A DNA stretch of 58,406 nt, counting the filler, from Dirinaria sp. TL-2023a (lineage: Eukaryota), in the NCBI GenBank assembly GCA_051941275.1. It is 2 parts of 2 records of this genome, joined end to end, with 100 filler letters (N's around TTAATTAATTAA, not from the genome) between each part and the next. Parts side by side here need not be neighbours in the genome. Positions count along the whole stretch, not along the records: positions 29,273 to 58,406 come from JAVEBF010000118.1; 1 more part is not named here. One strand, given 5' to 3'. The position numbers and the translations under genes are program-made. Of the stretch, positions 37,669-50,079 are shown piece by piece. Within the stretch, counting starts at the first letter, position 1. Each line of letters opens with the position of its first letter. Under the pieces are notes generated by a model. The model was not told the origin of the DNA. It saw only the letters and a list, made by a program, of their open reading frames with translations, and did not search any database.

Positions 37669-39011
37669 TGAGTCACGAGAGGTAAGATCTGATGTGTTAG
37701 CGAGGCGTTGGCAGTCGTAGACAACATGTATATGAGCAATCTATGACTTACCCCAGCCGTGCTATCAATTCCTCGCTCCTATGGGTTCCTTTCCACCCCT
37801 TTTTTTCGGTTTTTTCCAGCCTCACATCCTACACCATCCCCAGCGGCGCAGAACCTTCGGGGTGCTGCAAGGACGCCTCTGTGACCTACATTGGCCGGCC
37901 TTAACGGAGCGTTGGCAGATTGATACGTTTTGAGAACTGAAGGCACTTCTCCCAGCTTCTTCGCGAAGGGACGGTCTTCAATGATCGTGTGGGAGCCAGT
38001 GCAAGAGAACGTCTCGGACAGTCCTGCTCGCCAGAGCCCCTTGGAACTGTTCGGCATGCACACAGTATCCTCAATCAAATCCTTCGTGACACCAATGCAT
38101 TCGATTTGACTGGAAAGGTCAGACCTCTCCTCGGTGGCGCGATGCTGTCTGATAATTCGGTTAATAAGGGCTACACCCCTGCTCAGGATAGTAACTGTGG
38201 TGCTTCTTGGAGACGCTGATTCAACTGCTTCGCTGTGATACTTTATGAATACGGCTGTATAACTATGCGTAAAAGACTTTATCTAGTAGTAAAGAAGCAG
38301 ATAGCCACCGTTGAAGACGCTGCTCTTGCGTTCGCGTTGAATCCAAATCGTAGCTTTGCTCATTGTTGCGATTATAATCGTCTAAGAATAGGTAAAAATA
38401 TTGCAAGTGAGGATCTATACTCTCTGTGCATCGTAGGATAATAGCATTTGAACAGATAGGACTGTATTCAACGATAGAGTTTTAAGAGAAATATACCTTA
38501 CTACCTTCCATAAGTGACAATAATCGAATGTATCTTAGAAAAAGGCGTCGGCAGATATATAAGCTATACTTAGGTAAGATCTTACATTATACCTTGCCTT
38601 GCCTTTGTACCTACTTACCTCTACTTTGGGTCATGGAAGCCTCACGTAAAGTACATGTAGCTTAAGGTACTCTCTTTAGGGTCTACAATTCGCCACAGTC
38701 CTAAGATTCTACCCTCATCATTATCTGGTGCACTAGCCTCGGTTAACAACGTCAGGCTTTTCGCGAGTGACGATAGCACATTTCATCTACCCCTCCTCAG
38801 TCCTCAGCGCAACTTCAGAGATTGCAAAATACATTAAGGTAAGAGTGCCTCAGATTCGCCCTCCCTTAAGGTAATTGTGTTGGGATCACGCATTCTATTG
38901 AGTAAGCCCAAGGTATTTTGAACTTATCTTCTCGAATATACAAATCCTGTCTATACGCCACAAACATTACAATTATATGCAGGATTCAGTTCTAATCAAA
39001 AACGCTTGAAC

Positions 39012-40640
39012 ATGACGGCAGATGTTCAGGATGAATCAGCTTCAGTCGACGCTCCAGTTGTTGCGCCTCCGCCGTCATCAGCCCAGGAACAACCTTATAG
39101 CATCTTTGACAACCGACAGAGAGCACTGATCGTCCTCATCATCTCCGTAGCTGCAACGTGTGGGTATCTGCTTTTGGGCAAGTTCGAGTCTGCTAACCGA
39201 GGGAAAGTTTCTGGATTCGCGTCCAATATATATTTTCCAGCCATTCCGACCATCGCTCATGATCTCGATGTCTCCATTGAGCTTGCCAATCTTACAGTCA
39301 CCTCATACCTGATATTTCAGGGTATAGCTCCCAGCCTCTGGGGTCCCGTCTCCGATGCGAATGGGCGGCGGGTTGCATACTGCTGCACCTTTCTCATTTT
39401 TCTCGGTGCTTGCATCGGCTTAGCGGAAGCCAAAACCTACGCTGTGGTCATTGTACTCAGATGTCTCCAAAGTACTGGCAGTGCAAGCACTATTGCGATC
39501 GGATCCGGCGTGATTGGAGACATCACTACCCGTGCTGATCGTGGCGGCTTCATGGGCATCTTCCAGGCCGGTTTGCTGATGCCTGTAGCCGTGGGACCAG
39601 TGATTGGCGGCGCACTGGCAGGTTCCTTGGGTTGGCGGGCAATATTCTGGTTTCTAACCATTTACAGCGCTGTCTTCCTGTTACTTCTGATCATACTGCT
39701 GCCCGAAACTTTAAGATTTGTTGTTTGGAATGGAAGTCGCACGCCGTCCAACCCAATAGCAAAATATCCTCTAGTCCTGTATCAAAAAACAACCAGAGTG
39801 GAATGGGATTCAGCGGCTGCATCTCATGAGCCGGTAACGAGGAAGCGAGTTGACCTACTAGGACCGTTTCGCATTGTCATAAGCAAGGAAGCAGCGCCTA
39901 TCATTGTATTTCTCGCTACCTATTATGCCGTGTGGCAGATGAGCATCACGGCTGTCTCGACCCTCTTTGAAACATATTATGGACTCGGAGAGACCAAAAT
40001 TGGCCTTACCTTCATTGCTAATGGAATCGGATCTATAGTTGGTACACTAATCACCGGTAAACTGCTTGATATAGATTATCGGAGGGTCCAAGCTGGACAT
40101 AAGGCCCAAATAATAAGAACCAAGTCTCGATCTGACGGCAATCCAACCCAAGTCTCAGCTGACGCAATCGAGGATTTCCCGCTGGAAAGAGCACGCCTAC
40201 GTCTTGTTCCGCTCTTTGCTCTCCTTCAATGCCTATCGATCATCCTTTTCGGCTGGACCATTCAATACCCGCATAAAGTCAACATCGCTGTACCCATCGT
40301 GTCTACATTCATCACGGGCTGGACTGCTGTTTCAACCCAATCTGTCATCACGACTTATCTCGTTGACGTCTTCCATACCCAAAGCGCGGCAGCCGGCGCA
40401 GCCCTTAACCTTGCCAGATGCTTATTCGCAGCAGGCGGCACCAGCTTCGTAATGCCCATGATTAATCGTATTGGAGTTGGCATAACATTTACAGTCTGTG
40501 TTGCAGGACAACTCTTCGCCTTACTGGGGCTAGCGATTCAGTGGAGATTTGGGGCTTCATGGAGAAGAGCTGCGGAAGTCAAGAGACCCAAATCTAAGGC
40601 GCAGCAAGAGAAGGCTGCACCAGATTCAGAGCGTGTTTGA
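39012..40640 (+). CDS. MFS transporter, DHA1 (drug:H+ antiporter, QDR-like) family
   Basis: About 12 hydrophobic segments; SNIYFPAIP; WGPVSDANGRR (motif A); LRCLQSTG; GPVIGGAL; WRAIFW; LPET; FPLERARL. One in-frame 3n intron at ~39159-39208 is read through in the ORF track. Confidence 0.92.
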   Translation: MTADVQDESASVDAPVVAPPPSSAQEQPYSIFDNRQRALIVLIISVAATCGYLLLGKFESANRGKVSGFASNIYFPAIPTIAHDLDVSIELANLTVTSYLIFQGIAPSLWGPVSDANGRRVAYCCTFLIFLGACIGLAEAKTYAVVIVLRCLQSTGSASTIAIGSGVIGDITTRADRGGFMGIFQAGLLMPVAVGPVIGGALAGSLGWRAIFWFLTIYSAVFLLLLIILLPETLRFVVWNGSRTPSNPIAKYPLVLYQKTTRVEWDSAAASHEPVTRKRVDLLGPFRIVISKEAAPIIVFLATYYAVWQMSITAVSTLFETYYGLGETKIGLTFIANGIGSIVGTLITGKLLDIDYRRVQAGHKAQIIRTKSRSDGNPTQVSADAIEDFPLERARLRLVPLFALLQCLSIILFGWTIQYPHKVNIAVPIVSTFITGWTAVSTQSVITTYLVDVFHTQSAAAGAALNLARCLFAAGGTSFVMPMINRIGVGITFTVCVAGQLFALLGLAIQWRFGASWRRAAEVKRPKSKAQQEKAAPDSERV

Positions 40641-42294
40641 CTATGCAGAAATCAAGCCAGGCTTAAGAGTGCTATCCACGTGTCACAATTTAAGAACATG
40701 GATGAGTTTAAGAGTCCGTTAAGAGTTACCTAGATAATCACCTAGAGAGCACCCCTTCATGATGACGATCTTTCAAGAATCTAGCAATACTGCCCAGGTA
40801 TCATGGTAAGTTCGATGAAACTATCAGAAGGGGGGAGACAATTCAAAAAGCATTGAAGGAATAAAATGAGTCCTGCCAGCTGTCAAAAAAACGATTCATC
40901 ATTGTCTCTTGTAATTTTGAATCGAAGCCCTGACTTACTGTTATTTTGCCGGTCACCTCCTTGGTTCTGACCGATGCAGTCTCGACTTGTTCATTTGTTT
41001 CGCAAGCCTTGTGTATTCATCTGAATCATGACCTTATTATTCTCTATATAAACATAATCCACCTCTTATCACTCTCCACTTACCGTAAAATCGAGCAACA
41101 TCCCACACTCTCTATGGTTTAAATAGTGTGGGTAGGTGACTGAAGCGACAACACATGCATGCAACACTGCCAACACACAATATGGAGTTGCACAATTTCA
41201 GCTGAACGCGGATGCGAAGAAGAAACAGGATGCCTGCATGAGATGGCCTACCTAGAGTAGGTCGCATAGATCCTGACCTTTCTGACGGCAGTCGATGTGC
41301 AGCGGTCGAGTGAGGCATATTTTTTTTCTTCGATGTTGTTCTAGACCGACTTGACGCATTATGTTCACAGGTTGACTGCGTCGAATGAGCTTTGTGAGGG
41401 TTTTGGCTTTTCTCTATGGATTTTTGGCATACCTCCAGCTCTCGATTGAAGATCCTCGAGAGACGACTACATTCGTTGGGCAATTGGAAAGATGTCGTTA
41501 ATGTTTGTACTTTATAGGACCTCATGCCTCGTCCAGCGGCACGAGTTTTGTATATCTTCCAGGCCAAGAGCAATGGGCTTCGACAGCGCTAAACCCCTTC
41601 CGGGTTTCTGAGTAGGCAGGTGATGGCCTAACTGGCAGCAATGCAATACACACGAAGAAATCTGAAGCAAGGTGACTGTTGATTCTTATGTTATCTGGTT
41701 GGTTACCTTCTTGGAAAAAGAAGCAAAAAGCAAAGGCAGGAGGCATAAGGCCCCCGGCAGCTAACTAAGGGTATCTAATCATATTGGTGATAGTGATAAA
41801 AGATTTGGAGCAAGCGCAACCATCCTATCAAAGGTAGGGAATGTCGGATTTCCAGCGGAAAACCTTCAAAAATCGAGGTTCCTTATCAGCCTTATCTTTT
41901 ATTCTTAGCGTAACCCCCCTATATGAAGGACAGGTATTCAGAGCATAAGGTAAGGCAGGCTGGTCAAGGATCAGCCGCGTGCGCTCTGGGACTACCGAAG
42001 ATCTTGACCGAGCCTACATAAGTATTGGGTCTTCCGAACAGACGATGGAGAAGCGCGCTTTGGGGATGGAATTTGCATAACGGTTCGATCAATCTGAACG
42101 CGCAGCTCATCCGAGTCACACATTCAGTCCTTCACGCCATCACAATCTCCATCTACGTATCAACTTTAAATAGTGCTGAGATCAAGTACTACTATCTAGG
42201 TAGTAGATGCGCCTTTCTTTGCACTTTTCCCTTACCTGGAGCTTCCGGCTTACTCCAGCTCTTCATCGTTACTTCGCCAAGGCTCCTTCATCCG

Positions 42295-44476
42295 CTACTT
42301 CGGATAGAGACAGTGTTCTGTCTCGTCAATCATCTCGCGCTTCTTCAGGTAAAACCCCAATCGTGGGTGAGGAATCCTTATCACTTGCCACGCGAAAGAA
42401 TCAGGCACGCTCTCATCGGCGAGTTTGAATTCGTACTTCATGAGGAAGTGAGCCACAATCATCTTAGTCATATCTGTGACATAGAACCTGGCGGGACTAA
42501 ACACTCGAGGGATCTGTCAGCGCTGCTCAATGCACTTGGTTTCAACCATATGACTATGGCTCTCGAAGAGTCAGACTGACCATGCCTGCTTCACCGAGCC
42601 CCAGAATGGAAAGCGCCAGCTGGGATGAGAGAATCGTGACTCTGATGCTGCACCTTCTTTATTGCTCTTGACGAATCGAAATCCATCGAACGTTTCGGGG
42701 TTTGTATAGTTGGCTGGATCTTTCATCTGTGATTGCTGTGGGACGACTATCCAGTTATTTGCCGGAACATGTGTGCCGTCCGAAAATGTAAAAGGTGCCA
42801 TGACTTTCCTAGGCATACCAACTATAGAATCATCAGCCACTTAGACTTGTTAAGAATAAATGATGTAGCTACACTGATTTATAGAGAGTCATACAGATAG
42901 TGACAGGGTTCATTCGGGCTGTCTCTTTGAGAAAGCTGTCTAGCAAGGGCAGCTCGTTGTTCTGATGATTGAATCGTACCCTACCTGACCGCAGGATTTC
43001 TGTTCGGAGGGGCTGAATGTATTCGGGATGCTTGCATAAGCTATATATAGCGAAAGAGATGAGCTGAAGATGTGTTAGCATTGTTCCTCACAGGCGTGCT
43101 ATAGAGGAAGTACCATGGGCATTTGATAGGCGGAGCCGAAAATATATGCTAACGTCTGTTGAGCTACTTCTTCCGCCGTGGCCTTCTTGCGAGAGCCAAT
43201 TATCCATTGAACTGCGTCCTTCTAGAGAAGTGTATGAGCTTCAAGTGACATGTACGATGTTGCTACTTACTGGCTCTTGTTCTTTGGCCACTTTGTTGTC
43301 AAGCCGTCGTGCGGCTAAGGCGGTCAAATGTTTGTTGACGTTCTGTGTCACCCTGGTTGATTTCATGATGATCCAGCCGATGATACTGATGTTGTACACT
43401 TAATTTTCGCCACATTTTCCATCCAGGGAAACTTACGGGCATAGGAACTGAGGGCTGAACTGCAGTATCTCTTCACAAAACCCAGCAAAATATATGTAAC
43501 GCATTACAGCTTCAAAGAATCTTGAGTCATTCGCTGCAGCAGGTAAGTCCTTTTCCAACATCGTGTACATTGGTCATATGACCCAGGTTTCTCTCGTACC
43601 TAAGTCGTCACCGACGAGGATCACATTGTTAATCTTCGCCGTAAGTCTACTGAATGCCGAGTTGGCATAAATATGGGTCCATCCTGTATTCATATGATGA
43701 GAAATAAGCACTCGCACCTGTGCAGGCGCTGCAAATTAGCTAGAATGATTTACCGTCTTTCCATGTGTGACTATCCACCTCCGTGGCGAACGACTCTTCT
43801 ACCTTTTTCTCGAGTAGAGGCTGTAGGCTTGGAAGCTGTTCTCTTGCGTGATGTCGAAAGACTTTCTGAGATAAACTCCCGTTTTGGTCCATGTTATCGA
43901 GCTGCAGCCCATTTATCGTCTGTTCCGGGAAAGCTCTCTAGTTCATGTCAATGAATGTGAGGTTCGAGCAATTGCACAAGTAGATACCGACCTCCCATAG
44001 AGCGTCCCGAAGGGATAAATGATGGATGGAAGCATTGGTTAATTCATCGACCAACTTCTCAGAAGAGACACAGATGTTGTACCGGCTCCTGGCCGGTATA
44101 GCGTATGGTTCTCCACCACCCTGTACCTATCGTGAGCTTCTTGTGGTAAAAGGGAAGCTCGACCTCACTTTTGCATATGCTTCGTTCTGCACAGATTGGG
44201 CTGCATAGATGTAACGAAGACTTGTAACCCATTTCCCAAGTATCGAATTTTTGCCAGCGATTCTGACATTTTGCTTTACTAGCCTTAGCAACATAGCCTT
44301 TTGCCTTAACTCCAAGAACACAAATATAATTCGGGAGTAGCACGTACAGGACAGCGGCTTCGAAAGATCGCAATCATTCTCCTAACCTCCCAAATGGTAA
44401 TTGCAACGCACAGAAGGTATAGAAGCCATAAAGTGAGACCTAGATTGAGAGACTTTACCCCCATTGAAGGCTCCAT
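42295..44476 (-). CDS. Cytochrome P450, 11 exons, with atypical I-helix and heme motif
   Basis: All 10 introns splice in frame by hand. N-terminal TM anchor; I-helix YIFGSAYQMPM; K-helix KETAR; PETFDGFRF; heme motif FWGSVKQAC|PARF with the Cys codon TG|T split by the last intron. Confidence 0.9.
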
Positions 44477-46679
44477 ACGCATACGCAACCATGCACTGGA
44501 GTCAAATGCTCTATGCGTACCCATCTTGGGAGTACTCGAAATGACTGATAATGTCCAGGTCACCATAATTTGAGTGACGAGCGAAGAATAACCTAGCAGG
44601 AAAACCACTTTTGTTTTCGGCTATTATTATCTTTCCGAGAACTTCTGCATAATCCTCTAATCATGGTCTGCCCGATATGTCATGCGTGCAGCAGGGTTTC
44701 CAGGACTTAGGGTGTAGCGCACATCAGAGATGGCCTTGCATATTTCTAGCGTCATACCTGTACGCTCGCAAAACGTTCCAGGATGGACATTTACCCGCTT
44801 GGTAAAAAGCGTTGATTGGGATACGCCCCCACATTGCGTTTCATTAAAGCTAAATGCCCGTGGCCAGGCATACATTGCGGAATCCTACTCTACATGTGAT
44901 CGATATATTCGTTAGGGTGGGCTAGTGCCAAAATTTCTGGTCGGCGGATTGGACTCCATGTGTCGATGGTCTGATTTCGGGGAAATCGAGGCGATACGTA
45001 CGGATACAACATCCTCGCAACAAGGGGATAAGAATCAAGGAATCCTGGTTTTCTTGCTGGCAAGGAACTTTATCGGCAGCATCTGTAACTCAGCGTACTC
45101 GTCTAAAGTTGATAAAGGACTCGCTCCGAAAGGAAGCCTCCAAACACCTGCGTCAGCTAGCTGTGCCACGAGCAGCGAGAATGGGATTTCGAATCAATCC
45201 AATTTGACGTCTAGATCGACGGGAATTCGGAGCAACTCTGCCAATGGATCGTTAGGCGCTCTATGCGCTACGCTTTATTACTTCGATTGTTCAAAGTCCA
45301 GCTCCCAGGGTCAGGACTACAAGCCTGAATGTCTGCGTACGCGATGCAAAAGCATTGAGCAGCCATGCTTTCTTAGGCTTTTCGTCAGCACTCTGGCCGA
45401 TGATAGGTTTTAAACAACCATCGGTAAGTGGAAAAGAGATGTATCTTTGCTCCTAAACACTGCCCCTTCCTTCAAACCCATAGTAAGGAGCGGAGACATC
45501 TTGTGAGCGGGTTGATATTCCGCAAATGATCCTTGCAGCTAGTGCAGGGTTGAAAAAGCGAGCAGACGGAAAATAGACGATTAGATGACATCTCATAGGT
45601 GCATACCTCTACGTTAATATCCATCAAGGATTATGCAGTCCAGCTCTGACGTGCACAGCTTCTCCAATGTAGTGCCTAGCTTGGCTAGGGAAAATGTCTA
45701 GATGCCTGGGCCTACATGCAGTCATCAGGTTAGGCTGATAGCATTGCCACCTAGTCTGCGCATATGGCGTCGCTTCTCTGAAGTCAACTGACTGCAGCCC
45801 GGCATTACTCTCTCCGATGTTCAGGTCCTCTCGGCCTTCCAAATGCGGTTAGCATAGCTTTTAGGCAGGTGTAATGGCAGGTCTATCAAATGGGTATATG
45901 TTGCACCTCCAGTATATCTATGGCTTCTGCCCATATGGACTCATGGAAGCTTTGCTCAGAGGCCAGCGAACCATCAGTCCATTTGGGGGACGATGTACTC
46001 GATAGTTTCTCTTACGGGTAAGACACGCTCGTTCAGGGGCAGCTGCCAACCTAACACTTGCTTCTAGCATCGGACCTCGCTAGAGAACTTAGTTTTTAAT
46101 AGCATTCTCCCAAGATAAGCAGGTAGATGATTCTGGGCGGTAACGATGGGATATTTGCCAAATTCATCGGGTTTCCGAGGTTCCTTGACCTGAGCAAACA
46201 CTAAGTGCGATTGGTGGGCATCCAGCCGCACTAGAAACAAGGCAACTACCTAAAGTACTGTAGCATAATATAGCCCACCTGATGAACGCAATGACACGAT
46301 CCCGTCAACGCCCTGTAGCTAACTGGCAGGTTTAATCGCCGGAACTAAAAGTGCAGTTGCATCATGCAACATAACAAGCTAATGATGCACGCAAAGAGCA
46401 AACTTTGGAATTATGCAAGATTCTGATACGCTGCTGAGACGCAGTGGTAGGTACACGTCAAAAGTACGATAATGATAAGCTTTGAGAGCTGGATGACTGC
46501 ATAGCTGAAGCTACTCAGACGCTCTCCACATTCTGGTCACTAGGGGGCTAGGATCGGCGAGGCGTAGCATGCTGTTATTTCTCTTTGAATGCTAGGTATA
46601 ATCTTTGGAATTCATCTTATTATCTCATTTCAAATTGACATTAGACGTAGGATTTCCAAGCCTCAAATTTGTTCCAATT

Positions 46680-48252
46680 ATGTCGTCTTTCGAGAACTTA
46701 CCGGTCTCGGTATTGGCGGGAATACCCATTGCTACACCTCCCCCGGGAGTGATCCCTAATCTTGTCAATCCACCGACTTCTGGAACCCGGTTCATCATTG
46801 TTGGTGGAGTACTCTTACCGATTATGCTCGGGTTTTTTGCTGTCAGAATGTATGCAAGACTTCGGATCATTCATCAACTCCTTCTAGACGATTGTAGGAT
46901 ACATTTGTATTCTCCAATTATGTGCCCTTTGCTGAAATAGCTGCAGTAACATGCTCCATCGCCACGGTAAGCAAAATTCGAATGGAAAAGGTTTGATTGC
47001 AGAGAGAAACAAGCTTTCTAAAGTCAACCATCCTAGGCTGGAACAGTTCTATACTATGTTACGGTAGTTCTAGGTAAAGGATAACGTAATGCATTTATGA
47101 GTCAAGCTAATCCAGCGACTAGCCATTACCATCGGGCACGATGGAAGGCATGATTGGGACACCTCTGTGCTTGATGCTATAAGCCCACAGATGCAGGTAG
47201 TATGTCACAACATCTCATATTATTTGGAAAATGTGCTGACCTGGGCTCATTATCGATTTAGCCCGTATATATAGTCTCGTGGCTCGGTACCTTGATTCTC
47301 CCATTTGTCAAAGTAACCTTTTTTATCTTCTATCTTCAGCTTTTCAGACCATTCAAGTGGATACGTGTTCTTTGTTATACCGGAATAATATTCACCACGG
47401 CATCGTTCGTCAGTTTTTTGATTGCGCAACTGGCTTTAGCCACACCTCATCCCGGCGAATCATGGGCACAGATGACTCAAGACCCGCGTTCGAGGAAAGA
47501 CCTCCGAGACCTCTCGATCCCAATCACAGTTGTCAGTTTTGCTATTGACATATACATCTTTGTGCTTCCAATAACGGGTGTTGTAAAACTGCAACTATCA
47601 GCTCGTCGCAAATTTGGAGTGGTGATGGTCTTCCTTACAGGCTTCACGTTAGAGCTCCGGCCACTGATATGCTTTCAATGACTGAGCTAATGACTATTTC
47701 AGGGCGTGCATTGCATCCTTCCTCAGCTTAATCTACAAAATACGACTAAACGACGATCGTGAAGATAGCCTGTGGGCCAGTATGCCGGTCAATATAACAA
47801 TGTTAGAATGATCCAGTCTTTTACAATATTGCTTAGCAGCCTGACAGAATCGCAGTCTTACAGAGATGATTGTCGGCATTACTGTCTCGTGCATGCCTTC
47901 ACTCGCTTGTTTCGTCCGCCACCGCTTTCCGAAATTTAGCGTGGTCGATATTTTGGTATCGCTCAGGTCCAGGCTACTCACAGCCCATCCCAAGGTTTCC
48001 AACGTGGCTCCATCACCCTCGAGCTCTCAACACAAAATAGCGCGAGCGACGGAATTCCAAGCATATGATCAAAATTCCAAGAAGTCAGGAGCGTCGTTCG
48101 ATATGCACCATGCCGAATTGGGCAATGTTGCTCAAATAACAACACATGCTGAGGGCCATAGTACAATTGAAATGCATCGTCTTAGTGGCATACATATTCA
48201 GCATGCCTGGGACCAGACCTCGCAGACTAAAGGTTGGGACTCTCAAGTCTAG
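46680..48252 (+). CDS. PTH11-like (rhodopsin-domain) integral membrane protein, no CFEM domain; ~7 exons
   Basis: PPPGVIPNLVNPP; FFAVRMYARL..LDD; GRHDWD; VKVTFFIFYLQLF; DIYIFVLPI..LQLSARRK..VFLTG; EMIVGITVSCMP. Confidence 0.87.
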
Positions 48253-48429
48253 ATGAATGTTAGGAGAGTTAAGTCAACAAGGCTACAGGTATGGCTGAAA
48301 AAGGTTCCGGTTCATCCGCCACGTAACAGAATACATATATTAGTTAGGAAACATAAATGAGGAGAAAATATGATCCAATTCCATTAAAACATTGTCGGCG
48401 TGAAAGTTTTGCGCTTCAAGCGATACCAT

Positions 48430-50079
48430 TCACGAGACTTTGAACGTCCAATTCCCGTTACTCGAGTTTTGCCTAGGTATAATCTTTACGGCTGTCTTTG
48501 CTTTTGATGGGTGCACAAGTAATGTCATGTTGCTGTCGTCGATACCTGGATGGACCCAATCTCCTGTTGCGGGGCTGATGTCGTACCGCAATGCTAACAT
48601 TGCAGAAATAGCTAGGATTCCATTCATAGCGAAAAAGCGCCCGGGACACAAATTGGCACCGCCACCGAAAGGTCGAAAAGAACCACTCGGAGGTTTAAAG
48701 CTCATAAAGCGTCGAGCGTCGAAGACATTGACTGTAGGTCCCCAAATGGAAGAATTAAAATGGTAGGATCTGTTCGGCATAAAGACAAAGGAGCCTTGCT
48801 TTAAGAAATAACGGTTGTCGAGCATTATGTCTTCGACTACAATTCGGGTACCGGTTCCGTTCGCATAATGTCGTAAAACTTCGCTGAGGACTGACCTTAG
48901 GATTGGCACATTTCTAATGTGACTAATGTCAAGTTCGTACGCAGTGATGTCGTTTTGTTCCCTGATCGTCAAGAAAGGTATTAATGCAGACCGGAGCTCG
49001 TCAAGTAGGGTTGGATCGGAGAATATATGGTATATTGTCCAGAATGCTGCGGGAATCGTGTTGGCTAGTGTCGCATGCGAGTTGGAGATATCGATACGGG
49101 CTTTATCTTTGTCGGAAATACCATAGCTATCTGAGATTTTCGTGGCCCCTCGCACCCAACGAGAAGCAGAATCATAGCCCCTGACGGCATAGTATCTCTC
49201 AAAAGCGACGGCAAGTTTTTCACGAGCAGTGTATGATTTCGAACAAAAGAGCCTTGGAAATGGGAGGGACATGAGTCCCGCGGCGTTGTCTTGGAAGCTC
49301 CTGGATTCCATTATTACAGCGCTCTTGCTATAGATTACCAGGTTAAAAACATACCAGAACGCGTCCGCAATTTGTTGATCTCGGTAAGGGCTCTGGGGCC
49401 CAAAGATGCCTCCCGTTATAGAAGCCATCAAGACTTTAGTTACCCAGTTGCCGAGCTCAATCTGACTATTATTATTATGTCCAAGTTCTCCAATCAAGGG
49501 CGTGAGCAGCTCAAGAGAAGCTCTTGTGACATCCGTAAGACTGTCGCCAGGTTTCATTGCGGAATGGGCGTTCGTCATTCCTTCCCTCAAATAGCTTGGT
49601 TGGCCATCATTGCCATCGATGTTGTGTGCAAGAGCTTTCGCCGCAAAGGGGCCCAGTCCCGCCAGTCTTCCAGTGAAAAGAGCTTCAACGTGCCAAAACG
49701 AAATTTTGGTTGGACATCTTTGCACAGAAAGAGCAAGATCTGGCGAATTTATGATGTACACCCTGCCTTCAGGCATGCCGGGAAAAGAAAGGCTATAGAT
49801 TGGGAGATTCGATTTTTTGCTAAGATTGGAAATCCTGTTAGTCCTAGGTTGGCAAAGCATACTCAATTGGCCAACTGACAAAAGATCGACATAATAGCGA
49901 TACCTATGGCGGAGCAGTCCCACCACATGCCCAACGATTGGAAGTTTAGGTTCGATGTATGGTGGTTCATTTGTGTAATGCCGGGCCCTCCATAGCTTTA
50001 TAAAGGGCACCAAGAGACAAAGACTCGTCATCCAAAGCACCAGCGAGGAGACTGGGATATAGAGCCCGATCCACTCCAT
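48430..50079 (-). CDS. Cytochrome P450, CYP7/CYP8 (oxysterol hydroxylase / prostacyclin synthase)-like fungal group; two in-frame introns
   Basis: TM anchor followed by EPPYIEP..PIVGH; I-helix ATLANTIPAAFW; SEVLR; FDARRF; heme motif FGGGANLCPGRFFA. Confidence 0.92.
   Translation of the reverse strand: MEWIGLYIPVSSLVLWMTSLCLLVPFIKLWRARHYTNEPPYIEPKLPIVGHVVGLLRHRYRYYVDLLSVGQLSMLCQPRTNRISNLSKKSNLPIYSLSFPGMPEGRVYIINSPDLALSVQRCPTKISFWHVEALFTGRLAGLGPFAAKALAHNIDGNDGQPSYLREGMTNAHSAMKPGDSLTDVTRASLELLTPLIGELGHNNNSQIELGNWVTKVLMASITGGIFGPQSPYRDQQIADAFWYVFNLVIYSKSAVIMESRSFQDNAAGLMSLPFPRLFCSKSYTAREKLAVAFERYYAVRGYDSASRWVRGATKISDSYGISDKDKARIDISNSHATLANTIPAAFWTIYHIFSDPTLLDELRSALIPFLTIREQNDITAYELDISHIRNVPILRSVLSEVLRHYANGTGTRIVVEDIMLDNRYFLKQGSFVFMPNRSYHFNSSIWGPTVNVFDARRFMSFKPPSGSFRPFGGGANLCPGRFFAMNGILAISAMLALRYDISPATGDWVHPGIDDSNMTLLVHPSKAKTAVKIIPRQNSSNGNWTFKVS

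Noticed and set aside
44540..46670. Search for a RiPP precursor or hidden core enzyme; ORF 44925-45413
   Set aside because: No signal peptide with KR-delimited repeats and no cyclase or synthase motif; best read as a divergent promoter.
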